From a virus (taxonomy: Duplodnaviria; Caudoviricetes), in the IMG/VR virus record IMGVR_UViG_2576861548_000003, positions 1 to 64,000 of that record: 64,000 nt of DNA; one strand, 5' to 3'. How positions within the stretch are numbered: position 1 is the stretch's first letter; each line of letters starts with the position of its first letter. The notes under the pieces were generated by a model that was not told where the DNA came from, did no database searches, and worked only from the letters and a program-made list of their open reading frames with translations. Of this stretch, positions 9,242-18,988 are shown piece after piece. The position numbers and the translations under genes are program-made.

Positions 9242-9439
9242 ATGAAAGTAGGAGAATATTCATATTCTATACACGGACGAAATTACAGAATATGCGTGTG
9301 TGATTATTCAGACGGGAAAACACAAATATCAAGTCCCGTTCGTAACGAACCACTTTACATCGACCGAGAAGAAGCCCGGAAACGTGTATACGAGTTGAAC
9401 GGCTGGAAGTATAAACCTAAAATGACAAAGCATGAATAA
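9242..9439 (+). CDS. hypothetical protein
   Basis: 65-aa ORF, REEARKRVYELNGW. Confidence 0.55.
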   Translation: MKVGEYSYSIHGRNYRICVCDYSDGKTQISSPVRNEPLYIDREEARKRVYELNGWKYKPKMTKHE

Positions 9440-9701
9440 AGCAGAACATTACATTCAACAGACCACAACGGAACGAGTTCGTTCGCGTGGCCTGATTCGA
9501 ACAGTCGCAACAGAGGCTATTCGAATACAGCGAGAAGAAACGACAGCAAATGCAGTCACAGTATTTAAACAGATGTGCCCGTCAAGAGTCAGCAAGGGTT
9601 GCGCGAATGTGACTCACAAGAAAGAAACTCAGTCAACCCGATGCGATGGGAATTGTAAGCGCATCAAGTATTTACTTGCTGGTATGAATAAGCTGGAATG
9701 A
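9432..9701 (+). CDS. hypothetical protein
   Basis: Overlapping operonic ORF with Cys residues. Confidence 0.5.
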   Translation: MNKAEHYIQQTTTERVRSRGLIRTVATEAIRIQREETTANAVTVFKQMCPSRVSKGCANVTHKKETQSTRCDGNCKRIKYLLAGMNKLE

Positions 9702-9861
9702 AGTATTTAATTAAACGGATTCAATGTGTATCGGGCGAAGTAACCGATACGCATTATGTGAACATTGAAACCAATAATATTGAAGCTACCAGAAAGGAAC
9801 TGCACGCATGTTATCAATGCGATAGGATATTATTTAGCTATGAACAAATAAATAAAACACA

Positions 9862-10194
9862 ATGAGCAGAAACCCATATTACATTAAAATGATCAACTCG
9901 CAGCGGTGGAAGAACCTACGTTGCGATAAACTGAGAGCTAATCCGGTTTGCGAAGTGTGCGAGGCGAACGGATTAAGTACGCTTGCAACCGAAGTACACC
10001 ACAAAACCCCGGTTGAATCCGTTTCGCATGAACTCGGAATGAAACACCTTATGTTTGATCGAACGAACTTACAGAGCCTTTGCCATGCGTGCCACTCTGA
10101 GATACACCGACGCGCGTTTAGCCATTCGAAAGAAGCAATTCAGGCAAACAATAGACGGGCAACAGAGCGTTTTGCGGATAAGTTTTTGAAATGA
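9862..10194 (+). CDS. HNH endonuclease (packaging-associated, HK97 gp74-like)
   Basis: CEVC..ATEVHH..NLQSLCHACHSEIH; upstream of the terminase. Confidence 0.88.
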   Translation: MSRNPYYIKMINSQRWKNLRCDKLRANPVCEVCEANGLSTLATEVHHKTPVESVSHELGMKHLMFDRTNLQSLCHACHSEIHRRAFSHSKEAIQANNRRATERFADKFLK

Positions 10195-10199
10195 AATTA

Positions 10200-10230
10200 A
10201 GAGGGTACGTCTACTTTTGACGTACCCTCT
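10200..10230. terminator. bidirectional terminator
   Basis: AGAGGGTACGTC/GACGTACCCTCT inverted repeat between convergent genes. Confidence 0.75.
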
Positions 10231-10233
10231 TAA

Positions 10234-10932
10234 CTATTTATTGATCCATTCTATATTTTTTATTCCATTAGTTGGATATAATTTCGCATTTGTCGAGTCT
10301 TCCTGAACGACAATATATTTAGTACCTAGAAAAACTAATCTATGTTGTGCATCCGTTTCTATTATATCTCCATTAATAGACTCAATTTTAACAGTAGTAT
10401 TATAGAAATGAGGTATTCTCTTCTTTACATCAGAGCAAAAAAATATCATGGCAATGAAAATCATTAAATGAAAAATAATATCACCTCTTCCATATTTGCA
10501 ATATGCAAAGACAGCGCCTGCAATTATATAATAGATACTTGCCGCTGGATATAAGTCTAGTATAAACGAAGTTGTGACAATTATTAATATCAAAAACAAT
10601 AATCCTCCCCAATAAAACAAACACCTCTTTTTAGAATATCTTCTTATATACTTACTTAAAGACTCTAAAATCTTATCTTTCCGCTCTTTTAATGAATCAA
10701 GCAGAGGGGCAGCAATTAGTGATATTCCACCAAACACAATAGAAAAAGAAATGAGTGACGGTATTAAAAAAGAAGCAAAAGTAAATTGTATATCATCCCA
10801 TGTTATAATACTTGTCATATCCAAATCAAATGGCGCCAAACAATGCCAAATCATAACTAACGAGAAATAATAATACATGAAAGCGAACACACTTATAGTT
10901 GAAAGTATGTAGGAAATGTTCTTAGTATTCAT
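10234..10932 (-). CDS. moron: low-GC polytopic membrane protein
   Basis: About 5 hydrophobic helices; antisense to late genes; own TATATTTG box at 10964-10971. Confidence 0.75.
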   Translation of the reverse strand: MNTKNISYILSTISVFAFMYYYFSLVMIWHCLAPFDLDMTSIITWDDIQFTFASFLIPSLISFSIVFGGISLIAAPLLDSLKERKDKILESLSKYIRRYSKKRCLFYWGGLLFLILIIVTTSFILDLYPAASIYYIIAGAVFAYCKYGRGDIIFHLMIFIAMIFFCSDVKKRIPHFYNTTVKIESINGDIIETDAQHRLVFLGTKYIVVQEDSTNAKLYPTNGIKNIEWINK

Positions 10933-11172
10933 TTGTGCAAGATTTATATTGTAAAATTTATTGCAAATATAAATATCTTCTTGTATATATACAAAGCGGG
11001 GTGGTCTTTTTTTGAGGGCGACAGACCGTCCAAACCCACGCCCACCAGTTTTTACACGCGCGGAGAATTTTCAAAACGAGGGGGTATCCGTTGGGGGTGA
11101 CATTTTCCGTTACAATCTACGAGCTACCAAATACTTACTTAAAAAACATACGTGTAAAAAGCGCGTAAAAAC

Positions 11173-11529
11173 ATGGCAACTTTAGACGACATAACAGAAA
11201 AAATCCGTTCCGCAATGGAAGCACAAGGCACATACACCCCTGAACTTGATTTGTGTATAGAGCTTTGTGCCGGGTCTTATATGGCGTTCCGGATTGCTCT
11301 ATCTGACATCTCAAAAAAGCGGATGAAATCTTTCACTAAAGAGATAACCCGCGAGAATAATGAAAAGCTGGTTGCACATCCGGCTTTTAAAACTCTGTTT
11401 GATGCGCTTGAAGCCACTCGCAAACAGTTACGCGAACTTGGTTTGACATTGCAGACCCTTGCATCAGGTGAAGCCGACGAAGTAACCGAATTAATTGACG
11501 AAGTAAACAAGGCGGATGACTATGAATAA
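11173..11529 (+). CDS. terminase small subunit (P27 family)
   Basis: VAHPAF...LRELGLT; immediately before TerL. Confidence 0.85.
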   Translation: MATLDDITEKIRSAMEAQGTYTPELDLCIELCAGSYMAFRIALSDISKKRMKSFTKEITRENNEKLVAHPAFKTLFDALEATRKQLRELGLTLQTLASGEADEVTELIDEVNKADDYE

Positions 11530-13228
11530 GGAGGAACTTATACAGCTAAAGACTGCTACCGTTGACGCATTGCGCTCCGTTGATATAAACTCTTATCAGT
11601 TAGATAAAGCGGATATCCGGTTAAACACTTATATAGCCGGATGTATAGGCAACCCGGAGGCGCATAACCTTTACGAGTTACTTGCGATCCGTCGTTTCTT
11701 TTATCTGCTGGATAAATACGACTTTAGACCCGGTAAGGTCCGCCGCTTTATTGTGTTTTACGAAAAGTTGAAGTTTTCCGGCACTAAGGGGCTGACGCGA
11801 TATAAGCTAACTCCGGTTCAGGTATTTCAATTCACGAACATACTCGGTTTTTATAGACCAGGGACAAATAAACGCCTGATTCGTGACGCTCTGCTATTTG
11901 TCCCTCGTAAATTCAGCAAAACGACAAGTATCGCAAGTTTGGCAGTATTCGACTTGTTGTTTGGCGATGCTAATGCACAAGCATACGTTGCCGCCAATTC
12001 CTACAATCAGGCTAAGATATGTTTTGATGAAATCCGCAACATCCTGAAAGCGTTAGACCGGAAGTTGCGACATTTTAAGATTAACAGAGAGATCATAAAT
12101 AACAAAATAAAGGGCAAAACCTCTTTCGCCCGGTGTTTGGCGTCCAGTCCCGACAAACTGGATGGGCTTAATGCAAGCACGGTGATAGTAGACGAATATT
12201 CGCAAGCCGATAGCGCCGCTTTGAAGAACGTTTTAACTTCTTCAATGGGTGCACGGCTCAACCCTTTGACCATCGTAATAACAACCGCCTCAGACAAGCA
12301 TACAACCCCGTTCACTGAAATGCTTTCAATATATAAAGCCATTCTACGCGGTGAGGCTGAGAACGATTCTATTTTCGCCCACATCTTTGAACCCGACATA
12401 GACGATGAAGAAGGTGATCCGGCAACGTGGTATAAAGTACAACCCCACATGGGGATCACGGTTTACGAGGACTTTTACAAGGACGCTTATCAAAAGGCGC
12501 TATATAGCGCACCTGACGCATTAGAGTTTCGCACAAAGCTCCTTAACATCTTTGCGGTCAATTCTGAAACGAAATGGATTGAGGCAAGGGAGATCGAGGA
12601 ACGGTATAAGGCTATCCCTGTAGATAAGATCACAAGTCACCCGCCTACGATGGTAGGAGTTGATTTATCGGTACGTGATGACTTTTCAACTGTAACGTAT
12701 AATATCTATTCCCCGGATACTAAGTCATTTCATTCCGTTACGGATTACTATTTTCCGGAAGGCGCTTTGCCCGGACACCCTAACCGGGAATTATATGAAG
12801 GATGGGTCAAGGCCGGATATTTGAAGCTATGTCCGGGCGAAGTGATTGACTACGAAATGATCGTGAATGATATTTTAGCCCGGGCAAAGTACTTGAAAAT
12901 TCTCGGAATTGGATATGACCCATATAAGTCGGCTGAGTTCGTAAATCTATTATCCGCATCGGTTGGCTATGCAAATGACTACATAAGTCCGGTAAAACAG
13001 ACATACGGAACGTTTACAAGTCCTATAGAATCGTTTGAACTCGCGCTGCATCGCAATAAAATAACATTTGACCCGAATCCAATAACGCCGTATTGCTTTG
13101 GTAATGCCGTTCTTGACGAAGATAGAAACATGAATAAAAAGCCGATCAAACGAACGCATAATAGTAAGATCGATTCAACGATAACGAATCTTATGACATT
13201 TTACCTGTTTAACACTTATACAAATTAA
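11522..13228 (+). CDS. terminase large subunit
   Basis: LTPVQVF, VPRKFSKTT Walker A, IVDE Walker B, GVDLS, GYDPY, KID nuclease motifs. Confidence 0.95.
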   Translation: MNKEELIQLKTATVDALRSVDINSYQLDKADIRLNTYIAGCIGNPEAHNLYELLAIRRFFYLLDKYDFRPGKVRRFIVFYEKLKFSGTKGLTRYKLTPVQVFQFTNILGFYRPGTNKRLIRDALLFVPRKFSKTTSIASLAVFDLLFGDANAQAYVAANSYNQAKICFDEIRNILKALDRKLRHFKINREIINNKIKGKTSFARCLASSPDKLDGLNASTVIVDEYSQADSAALKNVLTSSMGARLNPLTIVITTASDKHTTPFTEMLSIYKAILRGEAENDSIFAHIFEPDIDDEEGDPATWYKVQPHMGITVYEDFYKDAYQKALYSAPDALEFRTKLLNIFAVNSETKWIEAREIEERYKAIPVDKITSHPPTMVGVDLSVRDDFSTVTYNIYSPDTKSFHSVTDYYFPEGALPGHPNRELYEGWVKAGYLKLCPGEVIDYEMIVNDILARAKYLKILGIGYDPYKSAEFVNLLSASVGYANDYISPVKQTYGTFTSPIESFELALHRNKITFDPNPITPYCFGNAVLDEDRNMNKKPIKRTHNSKIDSTITNLMTFYLFNTYTN

Positions 13229-13231
13229 AAT

Positions 13232-14512
13232 ATGAAGATTTTCAATATTCTAACAAGACAAATACGTAGTATTTCCGAAGGTTTAGGCAATGGAAGTATT
13301 GCTCAAAATCAGGGTAACACAAATGCAAATGTACGTATAACCTCCGTTCCAGCTCAACCCGTTAATGTAAATTCGTCCGAAAAAGCAATGCAACTTGCGG
13401 CGGTATACAGATGCGTTTCCATTCTTTCCGGAACAATAGCCTCACTGCCTTTGCTGATAGAACGAAAACAAGACGGATATTTTTCTGTTGATGAACGCCA
13501 CGAACTATACAAACTGCTTGTGCGCCGCCCGAATTTAAGGCAAAACTCTTATGACCTGATGCAGAATGCAGTTATACAGGTTGTGTTGGCTGGAAATGCC
13601 TACATTTTTATTCGCAGGACATGGGGAGAAATAAGCGAACTTATACTGTGTGCGCCTAATACCGTAACTTATGACAAGTTTCGCAATATATATAAGATTT
13701 GCGACCCTATCAACAGAGTAAACGGAACCTTTGAGGCTGATGATGTTATACATCTTAAAAACAAAAGTCTCGATGGAGGTTACACAGGAGTAAGTACAAT
13801 CTATTACGGTTCCCGCGTACTCAGCATTGGGGGCAGCGCAGATAATCAAGCGCTCCATCTTTTTCAAAATGGAAGCAAGATAAAAGGTATTGTTTCAGGA
13901 GCCAAAGAAGGCACTCAGGGAATTGCCGGTATGACTGATACTCAGACATCAAGTGTTGCCGAACGGATCGAGAATGAATTAAATTCCGGCCGGGGTATCG
14001 TATCAGTAAGCGGCGACGCTTCTTTTCATCAGCTTTCGATAAATCCGATTGACTCTCAATTGCTGGAACAGATGAAGCACTCTATTTTAGAGATTTGCCG
14101 CATGTTCGGCGTACATCCTGATAAGGTCTTTGCCGGACAACCCACAAACTACAAAGCCTCAGAAATGGGACAAGTGTCATTCCTTACTGACACATTACTT
14201 CCTATTCTCAAACAGTTTGAGGCGGAACTCAATGTGAAGCTAATTCCTGACAGTGTATCGCATCTGTACCGTATCCGCTACGATATTGATGTTTTGTACC
14301 AAACTGATCTCGCAACGCAGATAACCTACATGAAAGGAGGCTACGAACTTGGTCTTTTTACCACAAACCATTTACGGGCAATGAAAGGATTGCCACCTGT
14401 TCCCGGTGGTGATACTGTTATGACCAGTTGCAATGTCGCCCCGATTGACAGTCCTAAAATCAGAGGTGAATCTTCCGGGGAAAATAAAAGCGAGCTACCA
14501 AATAATGAATAA
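13232..14512 (+). CDS. portal protein (HK97 family)
   Basis: AAVYRCVSILSGTIASLP, GNAYI, EICRMFGVHP. Confidence 0.95.
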   Translation: MKIFNILTRQIRSISEGLGNGSIAQNQGNTNANVRITSVPAQPVNVNSSEKAMQLAAVYRCVSILSGTIASLPLLIERKQDGYFSVDERHELYKLLVRRPNLRQNSYDLMQNAVIQVVLAGNAYIFIRRTWGEISELILCAPNTVTYDKFRNIYKICDPINRVNGTFEADDVIHLKNKSLDGGYTGVSTIYYGSRVLSIGGSADNQALHLFQNGSKIKGIVSGAKEGTQGIAGMTDTQTSSVAERIENELNSGRGIVSVSGDASFHQLSINPIDSQLLEQMKHSILEICRMFGVHPDKVFAGQPTNYKASEMGQVSFLTDTLLPILKQFEAELNVKLIPDSVSHLYRIRYDIDVLYQTDLATQITYMKGGYELGLFTTNHLRAMKGLPPVPGGDTVMTSCNVAPIDSPKIRGESSGENKSELPNNE

Positions 14513-14533
14513 AAAACATATGGTAAAAACGGT

Positions 14534-15121
14534 ATGGAAATTAGAAGTTATACGGATATAGCATCACCCAAGATTTCGGAAGGCCGGATGATAGAAGGCT
14601 TTGCCGCCGTATTCGATCAGGAGAGCAGGCTTAATTTTGACCAGAAAACAAAGTGCTTCTTTATTGAAGTGATCGAGCGCGGCGCCATAACAGACGAGTT
14701 AATTCAATCATGTGATATAAGGGCACTGATTGAGCATAACGCACAACGGATGATAGCCCGTTCAAGATATGGAACCGGTTCTCTTTCTTTAATGGTGAAT
14801 GATTACGGACTCGGATATAAGTTATCCGCTCCTAATACTCCGGATGGCGACTATGCAGTAGAAATGATTTCAAGAGGTGATTTGTACGGTTCATCATTTG
14901 CTTATTCTACAGATGACAAAAAGAACGTCACGTACAAGAAGTCGGACGGGTTACTCTATCGAATCGTTCACAAAATAGATCGAATTTCAGATATTTCGAT
15001 TGTTGCCAACCCTGCCTATTATGGAACGGACGTCACTTTGCGAAGTTTAGAGGAAATAGACAGTTCACTAACAGATAATTACTACAAAGAACAAATTAAT
15101 AACTTACGAAAATTTATCTAA
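14534..15121 (+). CDS. prohead protease (HK97 family)
   Basis: IEGFAAVF, EVIERGA, EHN, GSSFAY, DISIVANPAY. Confidence 0.93.
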   Translation: MEIRSYTDIASPKISEGRMIEGFAAVFDQESRLNFDQKTKCFFIEVIERGAITDELIQSCDIRALIEHNAQRMIARSRYGTGSLSLMVNDYGLGYKLSAPNTPDGDYAVEMISRGDLYGSSFAYSTDDKKNVTYKKSDGLLYRIVHKIDRISDISIVANPAYYGTDVTLRSLEEIDSSLTDNYYKEQINNLRKFI

Positions 15122-15123
15122 CA

Positions 15124-16266
15124 ATGAAAAAGGAAATTAACAGAATTGCAGAAATTAAAGAAGAAATGCGCACAATGCTTGATGCGGCAGAAGTCGAAAA
15201 AAGATCACTCACCGAGGATGAATCCAAGACTTTTGCAGCTTTGAAAAATGAAAAAGATTTGCTGCAAATGAAGATCGAACGTAGAAGTCTCGATACTGAA
15301 CCGGAAAGAGATCGGATTACTCCAACAAGAGCATTGTTTCCGCAAGCGGTTTACGATGTGGTATATCATAGATCACTTGATGACTATAACGGGGTTGTCA
15401 CTGAGGACGGAATCAAAGTAGTTGAACGCGGTTTGACTGTGACCGATACAGCTACCGTTGCTGATATCGTGCCTGTTACAATCGGAGAAATCATTGACCC
15501 GCTGGAAAAAGGGCTTATCATTAATAAGCTGGGTATCAAAATGCAAAGCGGGCTTGTAGGAGAACTTATATTCCCCACTTTACAGGCTATTGAGGCCAGC
15601 ATTGCGGGTGAAAACGCCGCAATTGGAGATACAAAACTTTCACTCGGAAAAATAAAATCCACTCCTAAGCGTGTGTCTATCTCTGTTCCGGTGTCAAAAC
15701 GGGCTATCAGTCAGACTAATTACTCGCTTCAAGATGTTGTCTTGAAACAAATTTCACTGGGAAGCGCACGACTTCTGAACAAATGGATGTTTTCAGGTAC
15801 ACAGTTAGAAGGCGCCAGTTCCGGCCCATTCGTTAAAGACGCTTCTGTAACGTATACAGACTCCCCGTCTTTTGCTAATGTTGTCGCATTGGAAACGGCG
15901 GTTATGGCTGAGGGTGTCGATGTAACCGACGGAACTGCCGCATATGTTTGTACTCCGGCTGTTTATGGACAACTAAAATCAACTCCGATTGAAAAAGGAT
16001 CACCTAAAATGATTCTTGAAGATGGTAAGATTAATGGTTATCCGGTACTTGTCACCTCCTATATGGCAACCGATACTATCGGTTTTGGTGTGTTCTCTTA
16101 TGTTGCCATCGGGCAGTTTGGCGATATTGACTTAGTGATTGACCCCTATACACAAGCCAAAAGCAATATTGTAAACTTCGTGTTAAACTCAGATTATGAT
16201 ATTGTGACTGCGCGAAGCGAAGCTTTTGCCGTAGCAAAGAAAGCAGCTTCATCTGCCGGAGCATAA
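15124..16266 (+). CDS. major capsid protein (HK97 fold)
   Basis: Coiled-coil delta domain, INGYPVLVT, DPYTQA. Confidence 0.93.
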   Translation: MKKEINRIAEIKEEMRTMLDAAEVEKRSLTEDESKTFAALKNEKDLLQMKIERRSLDTEPERDRITPTRALFPQAVYDVVYHRSLDDYNGVVTEDGIKVVERGLTVTDTATVADIVPVTIGEIIDPLEKGLIINKLGIKMQSGLVGELIFPTLQAIEASIAGENAAIGDTKLSLGKIKSTPKRVSISVPVSKRAISQTNYSLQDVVLKQISLGSARLLNKWMFSGTQLEGASSGPFVKDASVTYTDSPSFANVVALETAVMAEGVDVTDGTAAYVCTPAVYGQLKSTPIEKGSPKMILEDGKINGYPVLVTSYMATDTIGFGVFSYVAIGQFGDIDLVIDPYTQAKSNIVNFVLNSDYDIVTARSEAFAVAKKAASSAGA

Positions 16267-16287
16267 CGACCAAACTAAGTATTAATC

Positions 16288-16323
16288 AAAGGCTGGGGCT
16301 TCGGCCTCGGCCTTCTTCATTTC
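16288..16323 (+). terminator. terminator after capsid gene
   Basis: AAGGCTGGGGC-TTCG-GCCTCGGCCTT hairpin followed by a T-rich tail. Confidence 0.65.
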
Positions 16324-16329
16324 TAAAAG

Positions 16330-16626
16330 ATGAAAGAATACGTAACACTTGAAGAGTTAAAGCAACATCTTAATGTTGATTTCGACAATGACGACGCTTA
16401 TATACAGGGGTTGATCATTCCGGTACAACTCAGTATCGAGGCTTATCTCAATGCCCCGATTGAATCGTTCGTTAAAGACGACCGGATAGACCCGCGAATC
16501 TGGCATGCCATTCGTATTATAGCTGCAAACTATTATGCGAACCGTGAAGATATAACTTTCGCCACGCCTAATATCATTCCTGGTCATATTGCCTTCTTAC
16601 TTCAACCCTTAAAACGATATACATAA
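16330..16626 (+). CDS. head-tail connector (gp6-like)
   Basis: VTLEELKQHLNVD..DDAYI, YYANRE. Confidence 0.88.
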   Translation: MKEYVTLEELKQHLNVDFDNDDAYIQGLIIPVQLSIEAYLNAPIESFVKDDRIDPRIWHAIRIIAANYYANREDITFATPNIIPGHIAFLLQPLKRYT

Positions 16627-16943
16627 TGCAGGCGGGACTATTGACAGACATTATAAGTTTTCTACATCCCCAGACGATTCGCGATGCTTTGGGCGGTACG
16701 TCTGAGAGATGGATGGAAGCTTTCAAGAAGCGTGCGTGTGTCCGGTATAAATCCGGTACGCGCAAAGAGATAAACGGCGAGGTGCTCAACACTCACACCG
16801 TCACGATCATGGTACGTTACAGCAGAGATATAAGCGAAAAAATGCGCATTGTCTACGAGGGACGTAAATACAAAATAGCCTTCATCCATCCGGATAGAAA
16901 GGCACAGTCTATAACCATCGAAGCAGAATTAATCAATGAGTAA
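16626..16943 (+). CDS. head closure / head-tail adaptor
   Basis: MQAGLL..RY..MRIVYEGRKYKI. Confidence 0.85.
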   Translation: MQAGLLTDIISFLHPQTIRDALGGTSERWMEAFKKRACVRYKSGTRKEINGEVLNTHTVTIMVRYSRDISEKMRIVYEGRKYKIAFIHPDRKAQSITIEAELINE

Positions 16944-17397
16944 TATTGTACAAGCATCCTACCGGGTTGAGGTTGACGCCTCTAAGGTTAATGCGTTATT
17001 GGCCGCACTGAATGACAAGGAGGCAAAGAAGGCTATTAAATCCGGACTCCGTAAATCAGCAAGTATCATTCGAAAGCAAGCGCAAAAAAATTGGGTTGCA
17101 TCTGTTCCGGGTGGGGCTGGATTGAAAAAAGAAATAAATATTGCAGTTTACCGCAATGCGTCCGGCGCACGGGTTGACTTACTCGACAAACGGCGGAAAG
17201 GTTCAAAACAGTTTGTTTTGAAATTCTTCGAAAGCGGTACGGAACAACGAGCTACCAATAGAGGAGCAAACAGAGGTATTATAGAGGCCACTCACTTTTT
17301 TAAAAGCGCAGTAGACTCTAAAAAAAGTGAGGCTGAGAACTCACTGGAAAGAAACATTTTGGATTCAATACAAAAAGTAATAGATAAAAAGAAATGA
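16936..17397 (+). CDS. HK97 gp10-like tail completion protein
   Basis: FFESGT..HFFKSAV; gene position. Confidence 0.8.
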   Translation: MSNIVQASYRVEVDASKVNALLAALNDKEAKKAIKSGLRKSASIIRKQAQKNWVASVPGGAGLKKEINIAVYRNASGARVDLLDKRRKGSKQFVLKFFESGTEQRATNRGANRGIIEATHFFKSAVDSKKSEAENSLERNILDSIQKVIDKKK

Positions 17398-17789
17398 GCT
17401 TATCAATCAGCAAACATACATTCTCAAAACTCAGTGAGTCGGAAAGTTTAACGCAACTTGTCGGAGATAGGATTTATCCTATTTCTACTAAAAACGCTAC
17501 TTCTTTCCCGTTCGTTTTGTATAAGCGTAGTGCACTTACTCCGGCTTATACAAAGGATAGATACGCCAGTGGGGATAGTGTCACTATTGAGGTTATTGCC
17601 GCCAGCGATAACTATTCAAATTCAGTCGAGGTTATTGAGGCGGCACGCAAAGCGCTTGAAGGGAAGCGGGGTAAATACGACGATTTCAAAGTAACGGGTG
17701 CTAAACTTATCGCCGCCGATGAAGATTTCATTGAAGAAACTTTCATCCAGCGACTTACATTTGAAATTGAGACGGATTCAGTAGAGTAA
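17394..17789 (+). CDS. tail terminator (DUF3168-like)
   Basis: LVGDRIYP..FPFVLY. Confidence 0.8.
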   Translation: MSLSISKHTFSKLSESESLTQLVGDRIYPISTKNATSFPFVLYKRSALTPAYTKDRYASGDSVTIEVIAASDNYSNSVEVIEAARKALEGKRGKYDDFKVTGAKLIAADEDFIEETFIQRLTFEIETDSVE

Positions 17790-17812
17790 CTAACATTTAA
17801 ATATTGAAAACA

Positions 17813-18292
17813 ATGAAAGCAAATGCAGTATTAGGAAAAGATTTCATGCTATTTGTCGGCGGAAAGGCGCTGGCGTTGGCTACATCCTGTAAATTGTCAA
17901 TCTCGGCCGAAACGATTGACACACAAAGTAAAGATTCCGGCATTTGGACGGAAAAAGACATAAAAAAATTGTCTTGGAACGGTTCAAGTGAAAACCTATT
18001 CAGTGCAGACGATAAAGTAAACGGATATGATGTTCTTTTGGACTTAATGTTAAAACGCAAGCCTATCGAAGCAAAATTCGGTATTCCGGCAAACGCAGAT
18101 TCAGATGAAGTTCCCTCTTCCGGTTGGACTCTTCCGGCCGCATCTTATTCCGGTAATGTCTTAATTACAAATCTAGAATTAAATGCACCTGATGGTGATA
18201 AAGCAACTTTCTCCGCCACATTCGAAGGCACAGGAAAACTTAGCCCCAGAGTGTCCGGAGATGGAGGTATAGTGGATGATCCGACCGCGTAA
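17813..18292 (+). CDS. major tail tube protein
   Basis: ETIDTQSKDSG.W, ATFSATFEGTGKL. Confidence 0.88.
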   Translation: MKANAVLGKDFMLFVGGKALALATSCKLSISAETIDTQSKDSGIWTEKDIKKLSWNGSSENLFSADDKVNGYDVLLDLMLKRKPIEAKFGIPANADSDEVPSSGWTLPAASYSGNVLITNLELNAPDGDKATFSATFEGTGKLSPRVSGDGGIVDDPTA

Positions 18293-18299
18293 ACGATGG

Positions 18300-18329
18300 A
18301 AAGGGCGGGAATCCCGCCTTTTCTTTTTC
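18300..18329 (+). terminator. terminator after tail tube gene
   Basis: AAGGGCGGG-AAT-CCCGCCTT hairpin plus T-run. Confidence 0.7.
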
Positions 18330-18350
18330 TAACTCAAAAAACTTATCATA

Positions 18351-18692
18351 ATGAAAACGATCACTATCAAAAAACAGAAGTACATTTTAAAGTATACATT
18401 GCGCGCCTTCTTTATCTTCGAAAATCTCACAGGTAGGCAGTTTGCGTTCGGCCGGATGTTGGACGAATATCTACTGTTTTACTCTATTCTTCTGGCAAAT
18501 AACAAAGATACATTCTTAATGCCTTTTGATGAATTTATAGAGGCGTGTGAGTCTGATCCGGCTCTGTTTCTCTCTTTCAAAGAGTTCTTCGTAAAAGAGA
18601 TTGAATTACTTGAACAGGCAGCAGATAGCACAAAAAAAAAGACGACTCCGAAGAAGCGTGCAGTATCCGGGAACTCTACGCCCGCGTTGTAG
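18351..18692 (+). CDS. tail assembly chaperone gpG-like
   Basis: Between tube and tape measure genes; slippery A AAA AAG at 18635-18641. Confidence 0.8.
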   Translation: MKTITIKKQKYILKYTLRAFFIFENLTGRQFAFGRMLDEYLLFYSILLANNKDTFLMPFDEFIEACESDPALFLSFKEFFVKEIELLEQAADSTKKKTTPKKRAVSGNSTPAL

Positions 18693-18988
18693 GTGAGGGC
18701 GGTATTGCACCTGATTATTTCCTCGACCGGATGACGCTCACAGAAGTTCGCTACTTCTTAGAGGGGTTAGGCAGGCGTAACCGGGAAAGCTGGGAGCAGA
18801 CCCGGATCATTGCGTATGTCATCGCTCAGGCGAATAGCACAAAACAACTAAAGCAATCGGATATACTTCGTTTCCCATGGGATGAAGCGAAGGAAGACGA
18901 AAAGAAACGCACATCCGTTACGGATGAAGAAGTGAAACGATTGCGGGCAAAAGCAAAACTAATCGAAAAAGAAATGAATCATGTCTGA
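18641..18988 (+). CDS. gpT-like -1 frameshift extension of tail chaperone
   Basis: -1 frame is open from the slip site: DDSEEACSIRELYARVVGEGGIAPDYFLDRMTLTEV... Confidence 0.8.
   Translation, partial: DDSEEACSIRELYARVVGEGGIAPDYFLDRMTLTEVRYFLEGLGRRNRESWEQTRIIAYVIAQANSTKQLKQSDILRFPWDEAKEDEKKRTSVTDEEVKRLRAKAKLIEKEMNHV

Noticed and set aside
10990-11170. Exact cos site
   Set aside because: The position is plausible (between HNH and TerS), but the cohesive end cannot be identified from sequence alone.
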